In this document: positions 1-9,271 of the stretch, in pieces
Numbering within the stretch: the first letter of the stretch is position 1
How the letters are laid out: each line of letters begins with the position of its first letter
Assembly (NCBI GenBank): GCA_013140805.1
Contig: JABFRW010000052.1
Span: 371 to 64,370, forward strand
Direction of reading: 5' to 3'
DNA from: Candidatus Eiseniibacteriota bacterium
Lineage (GTDB): Bacteria; Eisenbacteria; RBG-16-71-46
DNA: 64,000 nt
The notes under the pieces: generated by a model
Seen by the model: only the letters and a program-made list of their open reading frames with translations
Databases searched by the model: none
What the model was told of the DNA's origin: nothing
Program-made: the position numbers and the translations under genes

Positions 1-720
1 CTCGATGCGGCGGAACATCACGATGACTCGGACGAGGACTCGCACGATGACTCGGATGAGGACTCCGACGACGACTCGGACGATGACATGGATGACGAAG
101 CGGACGATGACATGGACGACGACTCGGTCGAGGAGGCGCAGGTGGAGGAGATCACGCTGCCGGAACGCGGGGAGCGCTCCACGCGTCGCGATCGGGACGA
201 TGACCGCGAACGCCGCGATCGCGGGCCCCGCATGCCCGCTGATGCGCTTCGGGACACTGCGGTTCGCCATGCCTCGGAGCTGCTGAAGGCGATGGGATTC
301 GATGCCCACGTAACCGGCACGGCGGCGGACGATCGCGTGGACCTGGTGATCCAGGTGGCCTCGGGTGAGGAGTTGCTCACCGGCCGCAAGGGCGAGACGC
401 GGGACGCGCTGCAGCATCTGCTGACGCGCAGCCTCAATCGCGGCGACGGGGCCTACTACCATCTGCAGCTCGAGATCAACGACTCGTGGAAGAAGCGCGA
501 GGACGAGCTGGTCGAACTCGCGCATCATCTCGCCGATGCGGCGGTGACGACGGGTGCCGAACAGGTGACCGAGTTCCTGAATGCTCAGGAGCGTCGGATC
601 ATTCACGTCACTCTGCGCGAAGACGGACGGGTGCGAACTCAGTCGGTCGGCGATGGAATGGTCAAACGTCTGGCGGTGGCTCCGGCGCATTCCGCCGAGA
701 CCTCGGGCGCTGGTTCCTAA
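1..720 (+). CDS. jag: Jag/KhpB (EloR) RNA-binding protein with KH and R3H domains; 5' end lies outside the window
   Basis: Frame is open from base 1. KH-like LLTGRKGETRDALQHL and R3H motif ERRIIHVTL are present. Canonical position directly upstream of mnmE. Confidence 0.9.
   Translation, partial: LDAAEHHDDSDEDSHDDSDEDSDDDSDDDMDDEADDDMDDDSVEEAQVEEITLPERGERSTRRDRDDDRERRDRGPRMPADALRDTAVRHASELLKAMGFDAHVTGTAADDRVDLVIQVASGEELLTGRKGETRDALQHLLTRSLNRGDGAYYHLQLEINDSWKKREDELVELAHHLADAAVTTGAEQVTEFLNAQERRIIHVTLREDGRVRTQSVGDGMVKRLAVAPAHSAETSGAGS
19..126 (+). repeat. Degenerate 12/24-nt coding repeat giving an Asp/Glu/Ser-rich linker in Jag
   Basis: cacgatgactcggacgaggactcg is followed by cacgatgactcggatgaggactcc, then gacgatgacatg units; translates HDDSDEDSHDDSDEDSDDDSDDDMDDEADDDMDDD. 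Confidence 0.75.
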
Positions 721-747
721 GCCACACCCGCCGTTCGGATTCGAATG

Positions 748-778
748 ACGCGCCGGAGCCCTCGAGGCCCCGGCGCGT
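748..778 (+). terminator. GC-rich hairpin between jag and mnmE (possible terminator or processing stem)
   Basis: Inverted repeat acgcgccgg...ccggcgcgt with only a weak U-tract. Confidence 0.35.
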
Positions 779-804
779 TCTCGTTGCAGGCTGGAGCACC
801 TTTC

Positions 805-2214
805 ATGAGCGGGACCCTTCCGATCCTCGACGACACGATCGCCGCCATCGCGACTCCTCCCGGAGCGGGCGGGCTCGCCGTCGTGCGGGTGAGCGGTCGC
901 GCCGCGATCGAGGTCGCCGATCGAGTGTTCGCGGGTGGCATGCGGCTCGACCAGGCCGCGAGCCACACGCTTCACCACGGCTGGGCGCGGTGGCCGGCGG
1001 ATGTCGAGCCGTCGCTTCAACGGAGGCTCGACGAAGTGGTGGCGGCGGTGTTTCGGGCACCGCGCTCCTACACGCGGGAGCATGTGATCGAGCTGTCCTG
1101 CCATGGAGGCGAGCTACCGTCGCGCCGCGTGCTGGCGGCGCTGCTGGCAGCGGGGGCGCGTCTGGCGCGGCCCGGCGAGTTCACGCTGCGGGCATTTCTG
1201 AACGGTCGACTCGATCTCACGCGCGCCGAGGCGGTCGCGGACGTGATCGCCGCGGCGAGCGAGGCAGCGAGCGATCTGGCGCTCGCTCAATTATCGGGCG
1301 CGCTTTCGCTCCGGCTCGACGCCCTCCACGACCGAATCTGCGATGCCCTCGCAGAGATCGAGGCGCGCGTCGACTTCGCCGAGGACGTGGGTGGCGTCGA
1401 AGTTCCGCCTGCCGTGATTTCCTCGATCGACGAGGTCGCGAGCGAGCTGGGCGCGATGCTCGCGGGCTCAAGCTACGCGCGCGCGATCCGTGAAGGTGTG
1501 CGCGTGCCCCTGATCGGGCGTCCGAACGTCGGCAAGTCCTCGTTGTTCAACGCGCTGCTGGGCGAGGCACGGGCGATCGTCACGCCGTTGCCCGGCACCA
1601 CCCGCGACCGGGTCAGCGAGGCGATCGAACTGGCGGGCATTCGAGTCACGCTCTCCGATACCGCCGGCATCCGGGCCACGCGCGACCCGATCGAGGCGCT
1701 CGGGGTCGAACGGTCTCGCGGCGAACTGAACGCGAGCCCGTTGGCGGTGTGGGTGGTCGACGCCTCACAGCCGCTGACATCGGAGGATTTTCAGATCGCT
1801 TCCGCCCTCGCGGGGCGCCGCTCGCTGGTGGCGCTCAACAAGAGCGATCTCGACTGCCGGGTCGGATCCTCCGAAGTGGCCGAGCTCCTCTCGGGTGGCC
1901 CGAGCATGGCGGTCCCGGTCTCGGCGCTGCACGGAGCTGGCGTCGATGCGCTTCGCGAGGCGCTCGCAACCGCACTCGGCGCGACCGACGGTGCACTCGG
2001 CGAGGCGGTCTCGAACCCGCGTCACGCCGAGGCGCTGGCGCGTGCGCAGGCGGCCGTCGTGCGCGCCGGTGCGGCGGGCCGTGCGAGCGCGCCGGGCGAA
2101 TGCGTAGCGCTCGAACTTCGCGAGGCGCTCGCGGCGATCGGTGAAGTCACCGGGCGCTCGGTGAGCGAGGAATTGCTCGACCGCATCTTCAGCCGCTTCT
2201 GCATCGGGAAGTAG
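805..2214 (+). CDS. mnmE: tRNA uridine-34 modification GTPase MnmE (TrmE)
   Basis: DTIAAIATPPG N-terminus, GRPNVGKSS G1, GTTRD G2, DTAG G3, NKSD G4 and C-terminal FCIGK. ATG at 805 has a GGAG RBS. Confidence 0.97.
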   Translation: MSGTLPILDDTIAAIATPPGAGGLAVVRVSGRAAIEVADRVFAGGMRLDQAASHTLHHGWARWPADVEPSLQRRLDEVVAAVFRAPRSYTREHVIELSCHGGELPSRRVLAALLAAGARLARPGEFTLRAFLNGRLDLTRAEAVADVIAAASEAASDLALAQLSGALSLRLDALHDRICDALAEIEARVDFAEDVGGVEVPPAVISSIDEVASELGAMLAGSSYARAIREGVRVPLIGRPNVGKSSLFNALLGEARAIVTPLPGTTRDRVSEAIELAGIRVTLSDTAGIRATRDPIEALGVERSRGELNASPLAVWVVDASQPLTSEDFQIASALAGRRSLVALNKSDLDCRVGSSEVAELLSGGPSMAVPVSALHGAGVDALREALATALGATDGALGEAVSNPRHAEALARAQAAVVRAGAAGRASAPGECVALELREALAAIGEVTGRSVSEELLDRIFSRFCIGK

Positions 2215-2221
2215 GAACGTC

Positions 2222-4147
2222 ATGCGATCCGATTACGACATCGTGGTGGTGGGAGCGGGGCACGCCGGCTGCGAGGCTGCGATCGCCTGCGCACGACTCG
2301 GGCTCCACACCGCACTCGTCACGGTGCGGCTCGAAGACTCGGCGAAGATGTCGTGCAATCCGGCGATCGGCGGAATCGCCAAGGGCCACATGGTGCGTGA
2401 ACTGGATGCGCTCGGTGGCGTGATGGGGGTGATCACCGATCGGGCGGGCATCCAGTTCAAGATGCTCAACCGTGCTCGTGGTCCCGCCGTGTGGTCGCCG
2501 CGCGCGCAGTGCGACAAACCGCTCTACTCGGAGGAGATGGCGCGACTCCTGGCGGCGACGCCGAACCTCGAGCGCCTCGCCGGCGTGGTCAATCGGGCGG
2601 TGATCGCATCGGGTCAGCTGGTGGCGATCGAACTGGACGACGGCCGCCGACTCGAGTGCCGGGCCGCGGTCATCACTCCGGGGACGTTTCTCAACGGCCT
2701 CATTCACGTGGGGGAACGACGCATCGAGGGCGGACGGATCGGCGAGCACGCGGCACGAGCGCTCAGCGATTGCCTCGCCGACCTGGGACTCGAACTGGGT
2801 CGCCTCAAGACCGGCACCCCGCCGCGGCTGCACCGCGACAGCATCGACTGGTCGGCCGTGGCGCCTCAGTCGGGTGATGATCCCCCTCAGCCCTTCTCGT
2901 ACTGGACCGAACGGCTCGAGTTGCAGCAGGTGTTGTGTCACCTCACGCACACGAATGCGAAGACGCACCAGGTGATCCGCCGCAATCTCGCTCGCTCGCC
3001 GCTCTATTCAGGCGCGATTCGCGGCACCGGGCCGCGCTACTGCCCTTCGATCGAGGACAAGGTCGTCAAATTTCCCGAACGCGAGTCGCATCAGGTGTTC
3101 CTCGAGCCCGAGGGGCGCAGTGTGCCCGAGATCTACGTGAACGGCGTGTCGTCGAGCATGCCCGAAGAGGTGCAGCTCGAGTTCATCCGCACCATGGAGG
3201 GGCTCGAGTACGCCGAGATGATTCGACCCGGCTACGCGGTCGAATACGACTTCGTGAGTTCGCACCAATTGCGGCCGACGCTCGAGTTGAAGCAGGTGCG
3301 CGGGCTGTTCCTGGCCGGCCAAATCTGCGGAACTTCGGGCTACGAGGAGGCCGCCGCACAGGGCTGGGTCGCCGGCGTCAACGCCGCGCTGCAGGTGCTG
3401 GGGCGTGACCCGCTGGTGTTGCGACGCGATCAGGCGTACGTCGGGGTCCTGGTGGACGATCTGGTGTCGCGCGAGCACACCGAGCCCTATCGCATGTTCA
3501 CATCGGCGGCCGAGCATCGGCTGCTGCTGCGCGCCGACAATGCCGACCAGCGGCTGGCTCCGATCGGACACGCACTCGGGCTGCTGAGCGATGCCCAACG
3601 GGAGCGTGTGCGCGAGAAGTACGCGGCGATCGAAGCCGAGGAGCGGCGTCTCTCGCGAATCAGCGTGAGGATTCCCGCGCACTCGCTCGCCGGTCCTGCC
3701 GGCCCTGCCGGCCCCGCCGGCTCCACGAGCTCTGCCGACCCGCCGCCGGAAGAGCCGCGGTCGGTGCGCGCACTGGAGTATCTCGCCCGGCCGGAATCGA
3801 GCCACCAGCGCCTGGCGGAGCTGGGCGTGCACAGCGAGCTGCCCGCGGCGTGGGCCGACGCGCTCGAGATCCGCACCCGCTACCGCGGCTACATCGAACG
3901 ACAGGAGCGTGCGGCCGCGCGAGCGATGACGGTCGAGGGCGCTCCGATCCCGACCTCGGTCTGGGACGGTGACTTGAATGCATTGTCACGCGAAGCGCGG
4001 GAGAAGCTGTTGCGCTGGCGACCCGCGACGCTCGGTCAGGCGGCGCGAATCTCCGGCGTCTCGCCATCGGATGTCGCGGTGCTCATGGTGATGTCACGGC
4101 GACGCCCCGAAGCGGCAACGGTCGAAGCGGAGCCACTCACGCACTGA
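2222..4147 (+). CDS. mnmG: tRNA uridine 5-carboxymethylaminomethyl modification enzyme MnmG (GidA)
   Basis: VVGAGHAGCEAA FAD motif, MSCNPAIGG, GPRYCPSIEDK, GYEEAAAQG. Confidence 0.97.
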   Translation: MRSDYDIVVVGAGHAGCEAAIACARLGLHTALVTVRLEDSAKMSCNPAIGGIAKGHMVRELDALGGVMGVITDRAGIQFKMLNRARGPAVWSPRAQCDKPLYSEEMARLLAATPNLERLAGVVNRAVIASGQLVAIELDDGRRLECRAAVITPGTFLNGLIHVGERRIEGGRIGEHAARALSDCLADLGLELGRLKTGTPPRLHRDSIDWSAVAPQSGDDPPQPFSYWTERLELQQVLCHLTHTNAKTHQVIRRNLARSPLYSGAIRGTGPRYCPSIEDKVVKFPERESHQVFLEPEGRSVPEIYVNGVSSSMPEEVQLEFIRTMEGLEYAEMIRPGYAVEYDFVSSHQLRPTLELKQVRGLFLAGQICGTSGYEEAAAQGWVAGVNAALQVLGRDPLVLRRDQAYVGVLVDDLVSREHTEPYRMFTSAAEHRLLLRADNADQRLAPIGHALGLLSDAQRERVREKYAAIEAEERRLSRISVRIPAHSLAGPAGPAGPAGSTSSADPPPEEPRSVRALEYLARPESSHQRLAELGVHSELPAAWADALEIRTRYRGYIERQERAAARAMTVEGAPIPTSVWDGDLNALSREAREKLLRWRPATLGQAARISGVSPSDVAVLMVMSRRRPEAATVEAEPLTH

Positions 4148-4196
4148 CGCGATCGCGTGCGGATCGCGCAATCGGGCGAGCGGTCAGGATCCACCT

Positions 4197-4205
4197 TGCT
4201 ATAGT
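4197..4205 (+). promoter_or_regulatory. Extended -10 element (TGcTATAGT) 8 nt before the fhs ATG; probable leaderless transcript
   Basis: ttgcTATAGTgcgccgccATG with no Shine-Dalgarno sequence. Confidence 0.55.
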
Positions 4206-4213
4206 GCGCCGCC

Positions 4214-5845
4214 ATGCGCCCGATCCTCGAAATCGCCCGCCAGCTCGAACTCGATCCGGAAGCCCTCGAACCCTACGGTCGCTACAAGGCGAAGATCCCT
4301 CCCGCCGCACTCGCGGGGCGTGTCCCGCGCGGTGCGCTGGTGCTGGTATCGGCGATCACGCCGACGCCGGCTGGCGAAGGCAAGACCACCACCTCGGTCG
4401 GACTGTCGCAGGGGCTCGCGAAGATCGGCATGCGGGCCGCCGTGGCGTTGCGAGAGCCGTCGCTCGGGCCGTTTCTCGGCATGAAGGGCGGCGGAACCGG
4501 CGGTGGAGCCTCGCAGGTGGTGCCGTCGGACGACATCAATCTGCACTTCACGGGCGACATTCACGCCGTCACCAGCGCCAATAATCTGCTCGCCGCGATG
4601 CTCGACAACCACCTGCATCACGGCAATCAGCTGGGGCTCGATTCGCGCCGCGTGATCTGGCGCCGGGCGATGGACATGAACGATCGCGCTTTGCGCTTCA
4701 TGGTGAGCGGGCTGGGTGGGCGCACCGAAGGGGTACCGCGCGAGACCGGTTTCGACATTTCGGCCGCCAGCGAAGTGATGGCGGTCTTGTGCCTCGCAAG
4801 CGACATCGGCGATCTCAAGACGCGGCTCGCGCGCATCGTGGTGGGCTTCCGGTCGGATGGTTCGCCGGTGACCGCGGCGAACCTCAAGGCGGTCGGCGCG
4901 ATGTGCGCGCTGCTCAAGGACGCGATCAAGCCGAATCTCGTGCAGACCGTGGAAGGCGTTCCGGCGTTCATTCACGGCGGCCCGTTCGCGAACATCGCTC
5001 ACGGCACCAACTCGATCGCCGCCACTCGCATGGCGCTCTCACTGGCGGACATCGTCGTGACCGAGGCGGGTTTCGCGTTCGAGCTCGGCGCGGAGAAGTT
5101 CTTCGACATCAACTGCCGCTACGGTGGATTCGCGCCGAGCTGCACGGTGCTGGTCGCCACGCTGCGCGCGCTCAAGATGCACGGCGGAGTTCCGCTGGCG
5201 CAGATCGCCTCGCCCGACGTCGCGGCGGTGGAGCGCGGTCTCGCCAACCTCGACAAGCATCTCGAGAACATTCGAAAGTTCGAACAGCCGTGCGTGGTCG
5301 CCATCAACCACTTTCCAACCGATACCGTCGAAGAGGCGGAAATGGTGCGCAGACACTGCGCGGCGGTCGGGATCGAAGCGGTGCCCTCGAAGCCATTCAC
5401 CGAAGGGGGCGATGGCTGCCGGGCGCTCGCCGAGGTGGTGCGCGATCGCGTTTCGGCGAATCGCCCGCACTTTCGCCCGCTCTACGACTGGAACGCGCCG
5501 ATCGCCGAGAAGATCCAGATCATCGCGCGCGAGATGTACGGCGCCGAGGCGGTCGACTTCAGCACCCGCGCCAGGCGCGATCGCGCGCAGCTCGAGAAGC
5601 TCGGTTTCGACAAGCTGCCGGTCTGCATCGCCAAGACGCAGCAGTCGCTGTCGGACAATCCCGCGCTGCTCGGTCGGCCGAAAGACTTTCTCGTCACGGT
5701 GCGCGAGATTCAACTCGCAGCCGGCGCCGGATTCATCGTGCCGATCACCGGAGAGATCCTGCGCATGCCGGGGCTTCCGAAGGAACCGCTGGCGGAACGC
5801 TTCGATCTCGAGGAGTCGGGCGAGATCGTGATTCGCAGCGAGTAG
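4214..5845 (+). CDS. fhs: Formate--tetrahydrofolate ligase
   Basis: TPTPAGEGKTTT, REPSLGP, KGGGTGGG, INLHFTGDIHA, HGGPFANIAHG, MPGLP. Confidence 0.97.
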   Translation: MRPILEIARQLELDPEALEPYGRYKAKIPPAALAGRVPRGALVLVSAITPTPAGEGKTTTSVGLSQGLAKIGMRAAVALREPSLGPFLGMKGGGTGGGASQVVPSDDINLHFTGDIHAVTSANNLLAAMLDNHLHHGNQLGLDSRRVIWRRAMDMNDRALRFMVSGLGGRTEGVPRETGFDISAASEVMAVLCLASDIGDLKTRLARIVVGFRSDGSPVTAANLKAVGAMCALLKDAIKPNLVQTVEGVPAFIHGGPFANIAHGTNSIAATRMALSLADIVVTEAGFAFELGAEKFFDINCRYGGFAPSCTVLVATLRALKMHGGVPLAQIASPDVAAVERGLANLDKHLENIRKFEQPCVVAINHFPTDTVEEAEMVRRHCAAVGIEAVPSKPFTEGGDGCRALAEVVRDRVSANRPHFRPLYDWNAPIAEKIQIIAREMYGAEAVDFSTRARRDRAQLEKLGFDKLPVCIAKTQQSLSDNPALLGRPKDFLVTVREIQLAAGAGFIVPITGEILRMPGLPKEPLAERFDLEESGEIVIRSE

Positions 5846-5941
5846 CACCGCGCTTCGGTCCGCGAGCCAGGCTGCGTACGCGGTGCTCGCAGTGCCGCCC
5901 TGTGTACGGCCGGGCCGCCGCTCGCGTAGAGTGCGCGAGCC

Positions 5942-7000
5942 ATGACTCCGCCACGCTCGAACTCGAATCGCCGCGATTCCCGCACGTCGACCCGGCCTGC
6001 CCGTGTTTCGGGGGAGATTCGTCGCGGCTCGGCTTCCGAGGGCCGTGTGGGCGCGACCAAGAGTTCGAGGCGCGGTCCGGGAGCTCCAGCAGGGCCGGGA
6101 GCTTCCGGCTCATCGCGCCGCGGGCCCGGCACCAGCGGTCGGCCTGACTCGCGCGGCGGGACTGGCGCCGGCAGCGGCTCGGGGTTCGCCCGTGACTCGC
6201 GCGGTGGCTCCGGTTCGGCGCGCGGCCAGGGCTTCGGAGGGGATTCGCGAGGCGAGCGGTCCGAGCGTGCCGGACGGGGATCCTCCACCGCACGGCGAGG
6301 TGAGTTTGCGCCGCCCAGACGACGCGCGAATGCCAGTCCGGAACGCATGGTCGAGCGCCAGAACTGGGATTCGCTGATCCCTCATCTGTTGCGGCTCGGT
6401 GCGGAACCCGACACGACGCTCGAAAAGCTCAAGCTGTTCACGCGCGCCTTGCTCGAGTGGAATCGCGGCGCCTCGAACCTGATCTCGGCCGGCGACGAGG
6501 TGCGAGTCGTCGAACGTCATGTGGTCGAGTCGATCGAACCCGCCCACTGGCTCAAGCAAAATGGCGGAAACCGTTGGCTCGATTTGGGAAGTGGCGCTGG
6601 ATTTCCGGGTCTGCTGCTCGCCATTTGCGGAGTCGGTGATCACTGGACGCTGGTGGAATCGCGCCGCAACAAGACTCTCTTTCTGCGAAAGATCTGCCAG
6701 GATTTCGCGCTTCGCCACGTCAAGGTGGTGACGGAACGACTCGAATCGCTGGTCGAGAACGAGGAATTCGCGCATGACTTCGATGGCTTCACCTCGCGCG
6801 CGACCATGAAGCTGACCCCGACCCTCGAGCTCGCAAATCGATTCGTTGTAACCGGTGGGCAGGCCTTCCTCTGGAAAGGCAGCGGTCGCGACAAGGAGAT
6901 GGAGGACGCGCCGGAGTGGCGTTCTCACTGGCGCCTCGAGGGCCTGCTCGGAGTCGGATCCGGCCCCAATGTCGTGTGCAGATTCACAAGGACCGCTTAG
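5942..7000 (+). CDS. rsmG: 16S rRNA m7G527 methyltransferase RsmG (GidB) with a long Arg/Gly/Ser-rich N-terminal extension; start uncertain (alternative ATG near 6347)
   Basis: WN..NLIS, RHVVES, LDLGSGAGFPG SAM motif, LVES, TSRA, WKG. Lies upstream of parA. Confidence 0.9.
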   Translation: MTPPRSNSNRRDSRTSTRPARVSGEIRRGSASEGRVGATKSSRRGPGAPAGPGASGSSRRGPGTSGRPDSRGGTGAGSGSGFARDSRGGSGSARGQGFGGDSRGERSERAGRGSSTARRGEFAPPRRRANASPERMVERQNWDSLIPHLLRLGAEPDTTLEKLKLFTRALLEWNRGASNLISAGDEVRVVERHVVESIEPAHWLKQNGGNRWLDLGSGAGFPGLLLAICGVGDHWTLVESRRNKTLFLRKICQDFALRHVKVVTERLESLVENEEFAHDFDGFTSRATMKLTPTLELANRFVVTGGQAFLWKGSGRDKEMEDAPEWRSHWRLEGLLGVGSGPNVVCRFTRTA

Positions 7001-7023
7001 CCTTCTGTCGTTTCGCGTGACGA

Positions 7024-7039
7024 AGTTCCACGTGGAACA
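7024..7039. promoter_or_regulatory. parS centromere site
   Basis: AGTTCCACGTGGAACA is a 15/16 match to TGTTCCACGTGGAACA, about 100 bp upstream of parA. Confidence 0.88.
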
Positions 7040-7143
7040 TACGCCTTGAGCGATCGCTCGGCTGTTGCTACTGTGCCCGCCCCAAGTTCACACCACCGAG
7101 ATTCACGCGGTGGACACGATGTCCGCCCTAAGAATCCAACGGA

Positions 7144-7905
7144 ATGGCCAAAGTCATCGCTATCGCCAGCCAGAAGGGCGGCGTCGGGAAGACCACGACC
7201 GCCATCAATCTGGCTGCGTGCCTCGCTCAAGAGAGCAAGCACGTTCTGCTGATCGACATTGATCCACAGGGTAACGCGACGAGCGGACTGGGAATCAATG
7301 GCAACGATCAACGAACCAGCATCTACGAGGCGCTGCTCGGCCAGATCGAGATGCGCGCTGCGAGCATGCCGACTGCGCTCTCGAACCTCGATCTCGTGCC
7401 TGCGGGCCAACGTCTATCGGGCGCGGAAGTCGAGCTCGTCGGCATGATGGCGCGCGAGAACCGCCTGAAGAGCAGCCTCGCCCCGGTGCGCGACGAGTAC
7501 GAGTACATCATCCTCGACTGCCCACCGGCGCTGGGGATGCTCACCATCAATGCGTTGACGGCCGCGGACTCGGTACTGATCCCCCTGCAATGCGAGTACC
7601 TCGCACTCGAGGGCTTGACTTCACTCATCAACGCGATCGGCCTGGTCCAGAACAGCCTGAACCCGTCGCTTCGAATCGAGGGTGTGTTGTTGACGATGTT
7701 CGACGCACGGCTCAATCTGTCCCAACAAGTCGCCGACGAGGCTCGAAAATTCTTCTCCGATCGTGTGTATCGCACCGTGATTCCGAGAAACGTCCGACTC
7801 AGCGAAGCTCCGTCGTTCGGCAAGCCGATCGTTCTCTACGACCCACATAGCAGCGGCGCGGACAGCTATCGAGAGCTCGCGCGGGAGGTATTGGATCATG
7901 CCTAG
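7144..7905 (+). CDS. parA: Chromosome partitioning ATPase ParA (Soj)
   Basis: QKGGVGKTTT deviant Walker A, DIDPQGNATSG, DCPP, IPRNVRLSEAPSFG. Confidence 0.97.
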   Translation: MAKVIAIASQKGGVGKTTTAINLAACLAQESKHVLLIDIDPQGNATSGLGINGNDQRTSIYEALLGQIEMRAASMPTALSNLDLVPAGQRLSGAEVELVGMMARENRLKSSLAPVRDEYEYIILDCPPALGMLTINALTAADSVLIPLQCEYLALEGLTSLINAIGLVQNSLNPSLRIEGVLLTMFDARLNLSQQVADEARKFFSDRVYRTVIPRNVRLSEAPSFGKPIVLYDPHSSGADSYRELAREVLDHA

Positions 7906-8785
7906 GAACGCCCTTGGTCGTGGACTCGAAGCGTTGATTCCCGGAGCGGGCGCACAGGCGACCGCGACGCTTCCAGCCCCTGTGGAGAGTCCGGCCACCT
8001 CCACCGGAGAGGCTATTCGCTCGATTCCGATCGACCAGATCGGTTCGAATCCCTTTCAGCCGCGCACGCGTTTCAACGATGACTCGCTTCGAGAGCTCGC
8101 AGAGTCGATCAAGTCGAGCGGCATCATCCAGCCGATGATCGTGCGTCAGCTCGAAGCGGATTCCTTCGAGCTGGTCGCGGGCGAGCGACGCCTTCGTGCG
8201 GCGGCATTGGCGGGTCTCAAGCAGGTTCCCGTCATCGTCCGTACGGTCGATGAGCGCGAGATGATGGAGATGGCGCTGATCGAGAACGTCCAGCGCGAGG
8301 ATCTGAATCCGATCGACGAAGCCAAGGGCTACCAGGCGCTCATGCAGAAGGTCGGGCTGACGCACGATCAGCTGAGCGAGAGAGTCGGAAAACAGCGCAG
8401 CACGATCACGAACTCGATTCGCCTGCTTGGACTTCCGACAGAAGTACAGGACATGGTTTCACGTGGAACATTGAGCGCTGGGCACGGTCGGGCACTCATC
8501 TCGCTGGAGAACGCGGGCGATCAGCTGACGTCGGCGCGCTATGTCTCCTCGAAGGGCTTTTCGGTGCGCCGAACCGAGGCGTTCGTGGCGCGAAAGCTTC
8601 GACGCCAGCACGCGCGACCCAAGGCGGCGCGTTCGAGCGGCCTGACCGAGTGGGAGAACAAGCTCCAGCAGCGATTCTCGACGCATGTCGCCATCGTTCC
8701 AGGGCGCAAGGGCGGCAGGATCGAGTTCGAGTACTACGGACAAGAAGATCTCGAGCGACTCTTCGAAGCGTGGGGTGTGATGTAG
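7898..8785 (+). CDS. parB: Chromosome partitioning CTPase ParB (Spo0J)
   Basis: LGRGLEALI, NPFQPR, AGERRLRA, ENVQREDLNPIDEA and an HTH. Overlaps the parA stop codon. Confidence 0.97.
   Translation: MPRNALGRGLEALIPGAGAQATATLPAPVESPATSTGEAIRSIPIDQIGSNPFQPRTRFNDDSLRELAESIKSSGIIQPMIVRQLEADSFELVAGERRLRAAALAGLKQVPVIVRTVDEREMMEMALIENVQREDLNPIDEAKGYQALMQKVGLTHDQLSERVGKQRSTITNSIRLLGLPTEVQDMVSRGTLSAGHGRALISLENAGDQLTSARYVSSKGFSVRRTEAFVARKLRRQHARPKAARSSGLTEWENKLQQRFSTHVAIVPGRKGGRIEFEYYGQEDLERLFEAWGVM
8455..8470. promoter_or_regulatory. Second parS site, inside the parB coding sequence
   Basis: GGTTTCACGTGGAACA, within codons for M-V-S-R-G-T. Confidence 0.8.
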
Positions 8786-8860
8786 CGCATTGAGGACGCA
8801 ATCGGGGGGCGGCGCTAAGTCGAACCCCGCGAATCTCGTGTACCGGATCACGGAGGAGCT

Positions 8861-9271
8861 ATGATGAGATTCAGACCTCGCGCGAGCACGTCGGAAGTCC
8901 CCGAGGCGCCGAACACCTACGTCGGCGTGGGGTCGAGCGTGCGTGGAACGCTCATGATCACGGGCACGCTTCGGATCGATGGCGAGTATGAGGGCGACAT
9001 CCTGAACTGCGACCGGCTCGAAGTTGGTGAGCACGGCATCATGCGATCGGATGTCGAGGTCAAGAGTGCGCTGATCCTCGGCCGGGTCCACGGCAGTATT
9101 CGAGCACTCGGCGTCATCGAGATGAAGACCGGCTGCCGAATCGAAGGCGATGTCACCGCGACCAGCGTGGTGATGGAGCCGGGCGTGTTCTTCACCGGTC
9201 GGTGCACGATGCTCGAGAACGGCGCCGAGGCGATGGAATACGGAACCGAATTCGCGAGGGCCCGCGACTAG
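8861..9271 (+). CDS. Bactofilin (polymer-forming cytoskeletal protein)
   Basis: Repeated beta-solenoid pattern (TYVGVGSSVRGTL, LRIDGEYEGDI, IEGDV, VVMEPG.FFTG.C.M). GGAGG RBS. Confidence 0.9.
   Translation: MMRFRPRASTSEVPEAPNTYVGVGSSVRGTLMITGTLRIDGEYEGDILNCDRLEVGEHGIMRSDVEVKSALILGRVHGSIRALGVIEMKTGCRIEGDVTATSVVMEPGVFFTGRCTMLENGAEAMEYGTEFARARD

Noticed and set aside
7009-7024. CGTTTCGCGTGACGAA as a degenerate parS next to the true site
   Set aside because: Too many mismatches in the right half.
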